NCBI RefSeq assembly: GCF_001194135.2
Contig: NC_068981.1
Span: 100,430,346 to 100,477,415 of the forward strand
Length of the DNA: 47,070 nt
DNA from: Octopus bimaculoides
Taxonomy: Eukaryota
Direction: 5' to 3'
In this document: piece after piece, positions 22,386 through 34,859 of the stretch
Layout of the letters: each line of letters begins with the position of its first letter
How positions within the stretch are numbered: position 1 is the first letter of the stretch
The notes under the pieces: model-generated
Told to the model about the DNA's origin: nothing
Seen by the model: the letters and a program-made list of their open reading frames with translations, nothing else
Databases searched by the model: none
Translations under genes and position numbers: made by a program

Positions 22386-22644
22386 TCACTCTCATCGGTT
22401 TAAGAGGGAGGGTCTGTGAAGACCCTCCTCTTTCCGTTGGACCCAACAATTAAAAAAAAATTACTGTGACATGGTTAAAATTATGCAAACTAAATTTGTT
22501 TACAGTTCAATGATGATGTTGAACAAATTATATTTATTTAAATTATATTTAAGATAAAGTTTCTTGACAAATTGAAGTTTTTTTTTACCAAGAAGACCCA
22601 TACTCCACAGCAAAAGTGTTAAGGCTGGTTCCTCCGGCTTGAGG

Positions 22645-23000
22645 ATTGACCTGCAAGAGTGCCATGTCAAAAGAAGCCCCATGTAAAAGCACTCATGCTG
22701 TGCTACATAGAAGTACCTGTGTAACATTGCATAAGAGTGCTCATGCGGTGGCATGTAAAAGTGCCAATGTGGTTCCACATAAAAGTGCCTGTACAGTTCC
22801 ACATAAAAGCACCCATATGGCACCATGTAAAAGCACCCAGCACAGTCTCTAAAGTAATTGGCATTAGGAAGGGCATCTAACCATAGAAACCATGTCAAAT
22901 CAGACTGGAATATGGTGCAGTTCCCCATCATGCCAGCTCTGGTCAAACCATCCAACCCATGCCATCATGAACAATGGACATTAAATGATGATATTGATGA
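22645..23000 (+). mobile_element. RTE 3' UTR/tail with a 24-bp minisatellite
   Basis: About 8 copies of a gtggcac(a/g)taaaagcacc-type unit, then ggcattaggaagggcatc..aacccatgccatcatgaacaatggacattaaatgatgat. Confidence 0.8.
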
Positions 23001-23149
23001 TGACCTATAATTGCTATGACATAAATATACATAGCTGCAGAAGACTTCAAAGGTGCCCTAACACTATGAATTCCCTCCTGAAAACACAACAAAAAACAGC
23101 TGTTAAATGCTGAGAAAATTGAAAAGTAGCTCAAGTTTTGCATGAAAAT

Positions 23150-23350
23150 AATCCTTTCTACTAAAAGCAGAATGCCTAAAATTTGGGGAAGTGGGATAGT
23201 CAATTACACCAACCCCAGTGTTTCACTGTATTTAATTTATTGACCCTGAAAGGATAAAAGGCAAAGTCGGCCTCAGTGGAATTTGAACTCAGAACATAAA
23301 GAAGGACAAAATGCTGCTGAGCATTTTACTCAGCATGCTAACAATTCTAA
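23150..23350 (-). mobile_element. SINE family B
   Basis: ccctgaaaggataaaaggcaaagtcggcctcagtggaatttgaactcagaac. Confidence 0.82.
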
Positions 23351-23429
23351 CACAAATGAAATACCTAATATAATTGTAATACACTTAAGTATTTCTTAAA
23401 TTTGTTATGATTTATCTCATCTGAATAGA

Positions 23430-23624
23430 TATCTTTATCATTTATTCGTTCCAGTCATTGAAATGTGGCTATGATTTAAAGGGTTTAGTCAAACAAGTTG
23501 ACCCCAGTTCTTATTTTTTCAATTCTGGTACTTACTCTATTAGTCTCCTTTTCTAAACTGTTAAGTTACAGGGGCATAAATGAACCAACACCAGTTGTAT
23601 AGTAATTGTGGAGGGACAAACACA

Positions 23625-23665
<41 letters not shown>
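23430..23665 (-). mobile_element. SINE family A 3' half ending in (AT)n at a gap
   Basis: Tail homology, then a microsatellite running into Ns. Confidence 0.75.
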
Positions 23666-24360
23666 NNNNNNNNNNNNNNNNNNNNNNNNNNNNNNNNNNN
23701 NNNNNNNNNNNNNNNNNNNNNNNNNNNNNNNNNNNNNNNNNNNNNNNNNNNNNNNNNNNNNNNNNNNNNNNNNNNNNNNNNNNNNNNNNNNNNNNNNNNN
23801 NNNNNNNNNNNNNNNNNNNNNNNNNNNNNNNNNNNNNNNNNNNNNNNNNNNNNNNNNNNNNNNNNNNNNNNNNNNNNNNNNNNNNNNNNNNNNNNNNNNN
23901 NNNNNNNNNNNNNNNNNNNNNNNNNNNNNNNNNNNNNNNNNNNNNNNNNNNNNNNNNNNNNNNNNNNNNNNNNNNNNNNNNNNNNNNNNNNNNNNNNNNN
24001 NNNNNNNNNNNNNNNNNNNNNNNNNNNNNNNNNNNNNNNNNNNNNNNNNNNNNNNNNNNNNNNNNNNNNNNNNNNNNNNNNNNNNNNNNNNNNNNNNNNN
24101 NNNNNNNNNNNNNNNNNNNNNNNNNNNNNNNNNNNNNNNNNNNNNNNNNNNNNNNNNNNNNNNNNNNNNNNNNNNNNNNNNNNNNNNNNNNNNNNNNNNN
24201 NNNNNNNNNNNNNNNNNNNNNNNNNNNNNNNNNNNNNNNNNNNNNNNNNNNNNNNNNNNNNNNNNNNNNNNNNNNNNNNNNNNNNNNNNNNNNNNNNNNN
24301 NNNNNNNNNNNNNNNNNNNNNNNNNNNNNNNNNNNNNNNNNNNNNNNNNNNNNNNNNNNN
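23666..24360. other. Assembly gap (695 N)
   Basis: N run. Other gaps: 2510-2519, 25836-26003, 33457-33466, 41236-41245, 44861-44961. Confidence 1.
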
Positions 24361-24600
24361 GGCACATAAAAGACACCATTTCGAGCGTGGCCGTTTTCGT
24401 GCGGGTGACACATAAAAGCACTCACTACACTCTCTGAGTGGTTGGCATTAGGAAGGGCATCCAGCTGTAGAAACTCTGCCAAATTAGATTGGAGCCTGGT
24501 GTTGCCATCCGGTTTCACCAGTCCTCAGTCAAATCGTCCAACCCATGCTAGCATGGAGAGCGGACGTTAAACGATGATGATGATGATGATGATGATGATG
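24361..24600 (+). mobile_element. Young RTE 3' tail
   Basis: CpG-rich; aacccatgctagcatggagagcggacgttaaacgatgatgatg followed by (gat)n. Confidence 0.88.
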
Positions 24601-25114
24601 ATATATATATATATAATATGTATATATATATATATATATTCATACATGCATATATGGGTACAGGACATCACCAATGGTACAAATAACATGAAATACGTAA
24701 ACAAACAAGTTAAATACGTAAATGAGAAAAAAATGGAAAACAGGACAGGTAAACACTGAGAAAGGACCTTTCATCAGTTGTCGGCTGTCTATCCACTCCA
24801 CATTTCAAGCATTCAATGACGATGAGTCTTCAAAGACAGTTGCTCCCATGAACTCTAAAATAAAATTTAGGATTTATGGAGGGTCAAAGTTGGGAACAAA
24901 AACATGACAGTGGGGACATACAAGGAAACTGTATGAAAACAAACATGGAGGGTTGTTAGAGGGGAAACTAATGAATGCTGTGAGAAACATTGTTTTGAAA
25001 AGAGAGAAGATAGAAGAGAGAGAAAAAACATGTCCGCTCTTTTAAACGTTCATGCAGGAAAAGAAAGATGGTCACGTGAGGAAAAGAAAGATGGGCAATG
25101 GTCACATGTGAGCA

Positions 25115-25340
25115 ACAAAAGAGAGAGAGAGAGAAAGAGAAAGAGGGGAGAGAGAAAGAGAAAGAGAAAAAAGAGAGAGAGAGAGAGAGAAAGAAAAAGA
25201 GAAAGAGAAATAGGGGAGAGAGAGAGAGAAAGAGAAAGTGGAGAGGGAGAGAAGGAGAAAGAGGGAGAAAGAGGTAGATAGAAAATGGTGAAGGAGGGAA
25301 GGGAGAAAAAAGGAATTAGAGAAGGATGGAGGAAGAAAAC
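25115..25340. repeat. (GA)-rich polypurine tract
   Basis: Direct reading. Confidence 0.95.
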
Positions 25341-26029
25341 AGTATAGAGTCGTGAGTTGCATCAAAAAGGTGAAGATAAGCTTACTATCTTCATTTCTCC
25401 CTTGCTTTTTCCTTCTTAACTCAGAATGACTGAAACTTTGATGATACTCATTTCTAGTCAATCCCTACTAACACTAATGGCCTTTGTACATTCAAGCAAA
25501 TTGATGCACAGTTTTAATATTACTGACTGTTATGAACATTTAAACTTGTCTACATCAAAATTTTTGAACATGTTTTTCTAATTCATAATTCTAAATTTGT
25601 CTGTTATGAATATTTAAACTTGTCAACATTGAACCTTTTAAAGATGCTTTTCTCATTCATAATTCTAAATTTTTATCATTGATAAACAAGATATTGTTGA
25701 AACTAGTTTGGTATATATGTAAATAAATTTATTTTAAACAATTACAAGTTTTTCAAATTTAGGTGCATTTTCAATAACAAATTTGCGTATATTTTTTTCT
25801 CCATGGAAATACACCCCCTCTTTTGTTTTATATATNNNNNNNNNNNNNNNNNNNNNNNNNNNNNNNNNNNNNNNNNNNNNNNNNNNNNNNNNNNNNNNNN
25901 NNNNNNNNNNNNNNNNNNNNNNNNNNNNNNNNNNNNNNNNNNNNNNNNNNNNNNNNNNNNNNNNNNNNNNNNNNNNNNNNNNNNNNNNNNNNNNNNNNNN
26001 NNNATATATATATATATATATACACATGT

Positions 26030-26215
26030 GTGTATGTGTGAGGCTCAACAGTTTCTGTTTACTAAATTTGCTCACAAGGCATAGGTTAGCCTGGGAGTGA
26101 TAGGAAATGACACTTGCCCAAGATGCTATGCAGTGGGCCTGAGACTGAAATCATGTGGTTACCAAGCAAACTTCTTAACCACACAGCCAAGCCAAGCCTG
26201 CACAGTGATACCTGT
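26030..26215 (-). mobile_element. SINE family A head
   Basis: gacacttgcccaagatgctatgcagtgggcctgagactgaaatcatgtggttaccaagcaaacttcttaaccacacagcc. Confidence 0.75.
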
Positions 26216-26329
26216 GCTAACACTGCCATACCTATATGTTCTTGGAATCCAAAGAAACTAACAGTGGTTTGCATGGGCCAAAAATTAAATTTATTGATAA
26301 AATATAAAGATTCTTAAAAAGTTATTCCA

Positions 26330-26675
26330 TTGGTAGAAGTTCCAAAATTTCTGAATGAATCTTTCTTTGGGGAGCAAGAAAAGGTTTTCACCCTTAATAC
26401 ATGATGAGAGCATGGAAAAAGTGTAGACTGGCTAGAAATGATGAAGAATTTGTTGCTGAACATTTGTTGGCGGGTAGTAGCTGGAGAGAGAAAGGAAGCA
26501 TATTTAGAAGGGAGTGAGATTGGAGGTAGAGAGAGAATAAGAATGAGGAGGAAGAGGAGGATTAAAATGAAAGTGAACGTGGGGGGGGGATATTGACCAG
26601 TATAAGGTAAAGAGGTGGGATTATTGACCAGGTGAGTGACCAGTAAACAGCTTGCCAATAACATTATTCGCATTC
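26330..26675 (-). mobile_element. Old CR1/Jockey-like LINE fragment (end of endonuclease domain)
   Basis: VTHLVNNPTSLPYTGQYP resembles L.QLV..PTR.PD..GQ; RVKTFSCSPKKDSFRNF further on. Confidence 0.4.
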
Positions 26676-26827
26676 ATATATCTGTATTTACACATACACA
26701 GAGTTGAAATCAGGCTGTTGGTTAGAATTATACATTTGCTACACACACACATATAGAGCAACACACATATCGAGCACATACACATATGGAGCAATATATA
26801 TATACATTAATAGCAGATACAGATATA

Positions 26828-28419
26828 CAAGGTAGTATCAAAAAGTTCCTGGACTAGTTCTGTAGTGTACCAACTGCATATGCAGTGAGAGCTAGCAATT
26901 ACCCTCATGAGATAGTCTGCTGAGTGACATTACTGTGTTTACTTCACAAGTTGTATAATTTGTGTTTTTGTGATCATGTGTATGCTGTAGTCTGCGATTT
27001 TTGTCATGGACAGGAAGTTAGAACAAAGAGCCAACATAAAATTTTGCATTAAACTTGGGAATTCTGCTACAGAGACATTGAGCATGTTTTGGCAAGCTTA
27101 CAGCAACAAGGCAATGGGGCATATGCAATATTTCAAGTGGTACTTGCACTTCAAAAGTGGAAGAACATCCTTGGAAAATGATGAGTGTTCTGGAAAACTT
27201 GCCATGAGCATCACTCCTGGAAATATGGAGAAAATTCATCAGCTTGTAAATGAGGATTGTCGGAGGACAATCAATGACATTTGGAAGTGTTTAAAGGAAG
27301 ACATTTGGCAAAAGCAACCAGATCTGTAGAGTGCAAAGAATAGGATTTTTATTTACCTTAGTTTTAACACCTCTTTCAAAATAGTCACTTTGCACAGCAA
27401 CACACCAATCCCAGCATTCCTGCCACATTTGAAATCTAGCCTGGAAGTCGTTTTTTGTAAGTGAGTCAAGAATCTTCTGTAATTTGCTCTTCATTTCAAC
27501 AGTGTTGTTAAAATGGTGACCTTAGAGCTGCATTTTCATCTTGAGAAAGTGACAGAATTTCACAGGTACAAAATCTGGTGAACAGGGCAAGTGCAGAAGC
27601 AATATTACGTTGTTTTTGGTGAGAAACTTACAAGTGAGGAGAGCTTGGTAACAGGGTGCATTGTCATGGTGAAGAATTCACTTCTTTGTGCTCCATGGAT
27701 CTGGTTGCTTTCACTAAATGTTCTCCTTCAAATGCTTCAAAATGTTGCAATAGAACTCTCAATTGATGGTCTGGCCCTGGGGGATGAATTCATCATGCAC
27801 AATACCACAAATGTGAGAGAAGACAATGAGGGATGTTCTACTTTTGATGGGCCCATGCCACTCGAAACATTGCATATGATCCATTGCCTCATTGTCATAA
27901 GCCTGCTAAAGCATGCTTAATCCTTTCTACTATAGGCACAAGACCTGAAATTTTTTTTGGGGGGGGGGGATTTGATTAGATCGACCCCAGTATGCAACTG
28001 GTACTTAATTTATCAACCCCGAAAGGATGAAAGACAAAGTCAACCTTGACAGAATTTGAACTCAGAACATAAATACAGATGAAATACCACTAAGTATTTT
28101 GTCTGGCATGCTAACGATTCTTCAAGCTCACTGCCTTCCAAAGCATGCTTAATGTCTCTGTAGTAGACTTCCCAAGCTTAACAGAAGATTTCACTTTGGT
28201 TTTATGCTCTAACGTCTTATCCATGACAAAAATCACAGACTACAGCATACATGTGATCACAAAAACACAAATTTCACAACTTACAACGTAAACACAGTGA
28301 TGTTACTTGACACACTGCCTCATGAAAGTCACTGCTAGCTCTCACTGCACATGCAACTATGTGCTGCCATCTGTTGGCATGCTACATAACTAGTCTGGGA
28401 ACTTTTTGATACCACCTCA
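26828..28419. mobile_element. Composite mariner: plus-strand 5' arm (26828-27350) fused tail-to-tail with a minus-strand deleted copy (27351-28419)
   Basis: TA|caaggtagtatcaaaaagttcctggactagt ... actagtctgggaactttttgataccacctca|TA. Plus arm: MDRKLEQRANIKFCIKLG (HTH). Minus arm: GIVHDEFIPQGQTINQEFY, LHHDNAP, PCSPDFVP (D,D34D region). Confidence 0.88.
27922..28139 (-). mobile_element. SINE family B nested in the mariner
   Basis: Perfect 14-bp TSD aaagcatgcttaat at 27908-27921 and 28140-28153. Confidence 0.92.
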
Positions 28420-30379
28420 TAATTGTGGTGCACACATATAAGATATTTCAGCTAGAAAAAGACAAATGACTAGAACTCAGGCCAGACACTCATGCTTCAT
28501 CATTCACTCAGAACGTCTGGCATGGGAGATTTACACTGGTCTAGGCCTGTACCCATCTGGTTAGGTACATGACTAGCTTCAGATTAACCAGACCAACTCA
28601 GCAGCTCAAATTCTATGTTTCTGACTCTATAGCTTAGAGGAAATATTTATTATGACAAGTTCCAGTAAAACCTTATTTCAAGAGTTCTAATCTACAAGAG
28701 ATTAGTTGAACAAATTTTCATAGGGAAGTAAACACTTCCACAAGGATACACAACAGTTGGATCATGGACACCTGCATTACTGTTTATTTTACATTTTTAT
28801 GAAGCTCAAGGATGAAACAAAAATATCAATCACGATATTATATAATGTTCAAGGAAGATAATTTACCACTATAATGGAATCCACTGGCAACTAGTGTCAC
28901 TATTTTCTGCAGTATATACATATGTAAGACATACATAATACTATTACCAATTGACTTTTAAACATCATATTTAATTGAGTTAGGTTTCAGTGCTGTCACT
29001 GAACATCTCTCTCTAAACATTGAAACAGACATGCAAACTACTGAATGGGAGATCTGAGATTCCTTCAGAATGACCCCATTGTTCTTAACCAAACAACTCA
29101 ACTAGTGGCATACATGTCAATTACTTTTGCTGTATCATCATCATTGTTGTTGTCATTGCTACCATCAATCTCATCATCATTACCACAACTGCAACCACAA
29201 GCACTACCTCCTACTGCTATCACCTTCATCATCCTCATTGTCATCATTTTACATCTGTTTTTCCCAGCCATATTTAATATATATTACATATAACTCATTG
29301 CTACACGACCTTGTCTAGACGAAATAGATCTTTTGGGAGAAGCTTACTACAGTGATCACATTGATATGCTCAACCACAACCTGTGTTTTAATTCTTTCTT
29401 CAAACACATTTTAATTCTATCTTTCAAACTCTCTCTCTCTCTCTCTCTATCCTCAACAACTTTTTCCCTATTTCTCTCTCTCTGAACAATAAAAACATCA
29501 ATAACAACAATAACAATGTGTCATTAGAGTGAAAACCTTTTCTAAAGTCTGTGTTGCATTGTTTATATGTTGAAAGACACACACACAAACAACTCAAAAA
29601 GATAATTATATTTATATATATATATAGTTATAGCTATTTTTTGTGTTGCATTGTGTTGACAGACTTGCACTTAAAATTCTTGAGTTTTAATCAAAACATA
29701 TTAGTGACTATAGTGACAACTCTATTTATCTATCTATCTTTCATACACACACACTGTCTGTCTGTCTGTTTCCCCCCTCTCTCTCTCAACTTTTCCATTC
29801 TCCACTTCTAAATATATGTCATAATAGGGGTTATCTACCCTTTTGAATCTTCCCCTTCTTCCCTCTCTCTACACAGATGTTGTTACAGACAAACAGATGA
29901 GGATACTATAATATAAGATTAATGTATGAAATAACATGCATGTATGTGTTTGTGTATGTGTGTGTGCTTGCATGTGTGTGTGTGTGTATGTGTGTGTGTG
30001 TGTGTGTAAATATATATCAGTGTCCATGAACTTAGTTTCAAGCATGACCACCTTGTTGTTGCAGACATTTACTCATATCAGATAAGTCACAGCTTCTCTA
30101 CTATGGTTTCTTCAAAACCATCATCTTTAACATCATCAAACTTTTACCCATATTTTCATGCTGATATAGCTTGGTATAGATTGGACAAGAGTTACTGAAG
30201 CAGTGTTCCATTGTTAGATGCCTTTCCTGTCACCAACCATTATTTGTTTTTGTCAAGTTAGATATTTGTACTTCTTCACACATGACAAAAGAAAACAAAT
30301 TATGAGACACCTTGTTTATGAGACATAAACACTCACCAATTTTCCTCAAATAGTGACATGTGAAAACATACACACACAG

Positions 30380-30426
<47 letters not shown>

Positions 30427-30442
30427 TGTGTGTATTATCATT

Positions 30443-30930
30443 ATGATCATCATTATCGTTTAACATCCATCTTCCATGCATGCATGGGTAGGACAGATGA
30501 CAGGAGCTGTTTTGGCAGGGATTTTATGGCTGGATACCCTTCCTAACACCAACCACTCTGCAGAGTGGACTCAATGCTTTTTACGTGGCACTAGCACAGG
30601 CGTAGTTAGTCTCGGCATGAGTTTTACTGCTGGATGCCCTTCCAAACACCAGCCACATTACAGTGTGGACTGGATGCTTTTAAGGTGGCATCAGCACTGG
30701 CAGGGTAACCAAGTAACTCACAAGACAAGGAATTACGAGAGGGGCAAGGGCATTTGAGGAAGGGAACTTGTGTCAGAGGATGAAAGATTAGAGTATGACT
30801 AAGAGATAGAGAGACAGAAGTAGGTATCTTGTCACAACAGAGGAGGTGATCCAGTATCAAATGATGAAAGGTTAAAGTGTAACAGAGAAATAGAGAGGTA
30901 GAAATAGGTGTCATAGAGGAGGTACATGGT
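30443..30930 (-). mobile_element. RTE-tailed element with duplicated tail module and GA-rich upstream part
   Basis: cgtttaacatccatcttccatgc..gggt is the reverse complement of the RTE end; the module ctggat(a/g)cccttcc occurs twice; the upstream part resembles the reverse complement of 44180-44360. Confidence 0.7.
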
Positions 30931-30934
30931 TACC

Positions 30935-30984
<50 letters not shown>

Positions 30985-31087
30985 AAGAGAGAATTGGTTG
31001 TGAATCTTTTGAGAAATATAGTATATACACATGTCTTTCTATTTACACAAATACACACACCACACACACACACAGATACACACACAT

Positions 31088-31485
31088 ATGTGGCATGGCT
31101 GTGTGATAAGAGCCTTGCTTCTCAATTGCATAGTTTTGGGTTCCATCCCTCTGCATGGCACCTTGCACTAGAGTCTTCTAATATAACCCCAGTCTGATCA
31201 AAGCCTTGTGAGTGAATTTGGTGGATGGAAACTGAAAGAAGTCTGTTACATATAAGTGTGTGAATGTGTATGTGTGTCTTTGTGTTCCTCTGCCATGACC
31301 ACTTGACAACTGGTATTGGTTTGTTTACGTCTCATAACTTAGTTGTACAACAAAAGAGACTGATAACACCAGGCTTAAACAGAAGCACTGGAGGTGATTT
31401 GTTTGACTAAACATTTCAATGCAGTGTCCCAGCATGGCTGCAGTCCATAGACAGAAACTGATAAAAGATAAGGTATAATAAAAGA
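31088..31485 (+). mobile_element. SINE family A, older
   Basis: Head, (TG)n and tail ..aaactgataaaagataagg. Confidence 0.82.
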
Positions 31486-31719
31486 TATATGACAACTTGG
31501 TTGCATCATTTAATTGTATATACAACTTTCCATATTAAAACAGCCCTTATACCTAAAATTGTTTATCTGTCTTTCCTTCTTCTATATACATACATTTAAA
31601 CGTCTACAACATGTGCACTTTGGAGAGTGAGGGTAAAGACACTTTCAGACATCTAGTATTTCAGCTTTGTTGCATCTCAGCAAATAGTATATACATGTTC
31701 AAATGTGCCAGAACATATT

Positions 31720-31935
31720 GGTTTCAAATTTTGGCATAAGGCCAGTGATTTCAAGGAATGAGGTAAGTCAATTACATTGACCCCAGTGCTTGACTGGTAC
31801 TTATTTTATTGACAGTGAAAGGATGAAAGGCAAAGTTGACCTCAGCAAAATTTGAACTCAGAATGTAAAAGACAGATGAAATTACCACTAAGCATTTTGC
31901 CCAGTGTGCTAACAATTCTTCCAGCTCATTACTTT
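31720..31935 (-). mobile_element. SINE family B
   Basis: 19-bp TSD aaatgtgc(c/t)a(g/a)aacatatt at 31701-31719 and 31936-31954. Confidence 0.88.
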
Positions 31936-32588
31936 AAATGTGCTAAAACATATTAAGAATGAATATGTCATCATTTTTTTTCTCTCTGTTCACTATGTAC
32001 ATGACAATTTATTTACAGTTGGCACATATCAGAATGCATCAGCAAATAAATAGTTTGCTGAATCTATAAACAAGTACCAATAACTCTTGATATATACATT
32101 AGTCTGAAGTAGCATTGGCTGAAGAAACACAGCAAGGTTGAAACACTGGGTGTGTCCACATCCACTCACCCAAATGAATCAAGTATGCTATGAAAACTAT
32201 TTTGTCTGAATGGAGAAATTGTTCTCCAGTACAGCAGCAATTAACATATTTGTGTTTGCATCTTCCAGAATGTATTAAAACTAAATATGCAAGTCATCAC
32301 TTTGATTCTCACTGTTCACAACGCATGTGATGATTTATTATTGGTTAACAGATATTAGCAGTTAATTTGTTTGTTGAATTTTTCAAACAAGTGCCAAAAA
32401 CTCTTATTAGAGTCATTAGCTCAGGGTAGCTATGGCTCAGAAGACACAACACAGGATGCCCCGAAGTTCCTTACCCTAACTAACTGAGTTAACTATGAAC
32501 ACAGATTCATCTGAAGGAGAAGTTGTTCTTCAGTAGTAAAATACAACAGCACAGAGCATATTCTCATCTGTATCTGCAGGAACATATT

Positions 32589-32804
32589 GGTTTCAAATTT
32601 TGGCACAAGGCCAACAATTTTGGAGGAGAGGTAAGTTGGTTACATCAATCCTAGTGCTCAACTAGTACTTATTTTATTGACCCTGAAAGGATGAAAAGCA
32701 AAGACGACCATGGAGAAATTTGAACTCAGACTGTAAAGATGGACAAAATGCTAATGTGCATGTTGCCCGGAATGCTGACAATTCTGCCAACTTGCCACCT
32801 TTAA
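32589..32804 (-). mobile_element. SINE family B
   Basis: 13-bp TSD gc(a/t)ggaacatatt at 32576-32588 and 32805-32817. Confidence 0.88.
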
Positions 32805-32952
32805 GCTGGAACATATTAAGAATGAATACATATGTCATCTTTCACAAATGTCATTATGCAGAAATGAGGTAACAACATATCGCACGGAGATAACTCTCCA
32901 ACTCTTACCAGAATGGGAAAATGAATATTAAATATTGATGTTGCTGATTACT

Positions 32953-32988
<36 letters not shown>

Positions 32989-33807
32989 ATGATATTTTCA
33001 TCTGAATTGTGTGTAAATGCAGTGTGGATTTAGTTCTTTATTGAGAACATCTCTCTTTCAACATAAGTAGCAAATCACCTCATCTTTTGATGCTTTCTTT
33101 CTTCAATTTGCAAACAGTTTTTAAGTCAGAAACTGTATGCTGTAAAAGGATCTTCTTACTATGAGTAAGAAGTGCATAATTTCTTCAGTCTTCCTCCAGC
33201 CACTGATAAAATCCACTGGCAATATTGCTTAAGAAGTGATTGAAGTGATAGTCTGTTTAATGTTAGTACTGAAGCCTTCTAAAAGTAGAATGAATTTCTA
33301 GGTAAAGAAGATGTAAAGAGAGACACTTAAAAACAAACTAGTTTGCTAGATCATCATCTATTTTTGTGTTGTTTTGTTTTAATTTTGTGAACTTTGGCAA
33401 ATTTTCAATGGTTTCCCAACATTTTATTTTGCTTCTTTCTTTTTTTTTTTTTTTTTNNNNNNNNNNTTTTTTTTTTTTTTTTTTTTAGGATCATCATTCT
33501 CACCATCACTGTCAACATTCTTTCATCTATCACATTCTCATCACATTAGTTACTATAGCAAATTAAATGCAGACATTCTATTGTAAGTCTGAAAAAGACA
33601 CATTTTACACTGCATGCATACAATTTCAGTTGAACTTTTTTTCATTCACTCTAACAGTTTCACTAAGACATACACAAGTTCAAAAGTGTTACATAAATAA
33701 CATTACAATAAAACAGTGTGTGCCTGAATTAGCTCCATTCTCACCACGTTTTTCAATCTTTTTTTCCATATATGGATTTATTCTCAAACTTTTGAAATAT
33801 GTTACAA

Positions 33808-33962
33808 GGTGTGGCTGTGTGGTAAGAAGCTTGCTTCCCAACCACATGGTACCGGGTTCAGTCTCACTGCATGACACCTTGGGCAAGTGTCTTCTACTAT
33901 AGCTTTGGGCCAACCAAAGCCTTGTGAGTGGATTTGGCAGACGGAAACTGAAAGAAGCCTAT

Positions 33963-34003
<41 letters not shown>

Positions 34004-34210
34004 TTGTGTGTTTGTGTTTGTGCTCCACCATCGCTTGACAACCGATGTTGGTGTGTTTACGTCCCTGTAACTTAATGGTTCAGCAAAAGAGACTGCTAGA
34101 ATAAGTTTTAGGCTTACAAAATATAAGTCCTGGGGTAGATTTGTTCGGCTAAAGGTGGTGCTCCAGCATAGCTGCAGTTAAATGACTGAAACAAGTAAAA
34201 GAATAAAAGA
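33808..34210 (+). mobile_element. SINE family A, full length
   Basis: Head, (TG)n, tail aaacaagtaaaagaataaaaga. Confidence 0.92.
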
Positions 34211-34214
34211 ACAC

Positions 34215-34330
34215 CAAAGAATGCTAGCCTTGCCAACTGCCACTCTGTTGCTCTCATGCCCAATACTTCAAAAGTGATGGAGATGATCATAAATAACCAC
34301 CTACTTTATTATCTTTGCTATTTCTCACCC
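34215..34330 (+). mobile_element. CR1/Jockey-like RT fragment
   Basis: ANCHSVALMPNTSKVMEMIINNHLLYYL, compare NYRPI.LTS.ISKVME.IIN..LL.YL. Confidence 0.65.
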
Positions 34331-34859
34331 TTTTCAATGAGCCCCTTCACAGTATAATTTTTTACAACCAAAACTACATCAAATTTGCTTTTTCCTGATG
34401 TACAGCAGTATTCTCTTATCAAGAGCTTTAGCAAAATTAATGATTACAATTATTGGAAAACTTTTTGAATTTTTCTGGTAAGTTGCCTGCCTAAATATGC
34501 CATCCATTTCTTAACTCTGAACCTTTGTCAGATCATTCCATCACATTATGGACAGAAGGGGCTCTTTTCAACCCATTTTCACATGCAAATTATACTACTA
34601 TCTTTCCCTCCATTTTAACTTTCTACACACTGGAATTAGGCACAAACAACCAATGTACCTCATGTTACACCTATTTCAAGAGCAACTAATTTAAAAACAT
34701 CCTTTTGAGAGCATGACAATTTTGTCTATTAGTGCACAAAACACAACTACAACACATGCTACATCATTTTTTTAATAAACAATACCCAGCTAAAAATTTC
34801 AAGAGCACTAAATTCTAGGCCTCACAGTCTCTAATACTTTCCCCTGGTGGGCTCACATA

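Noticed and set aside
23553-24518. Long ORFs of 250-320 aa in all frames
   Set aside because: Artefacts of the 695-N gap; the same applies to 25734-26100 and 44623-45186.
24750-24850. Second CTGATGA(A) on the minus strand as a hammerhead
   Set aside because: No stem II followed by GAAA and no stem I partner could be built; left as an unclassified repeat.
28620-28760. KRLVEQIFIGK* as a GIY-YIG C-terminal relic
   Set aside because: Too short and degenerate to assign.
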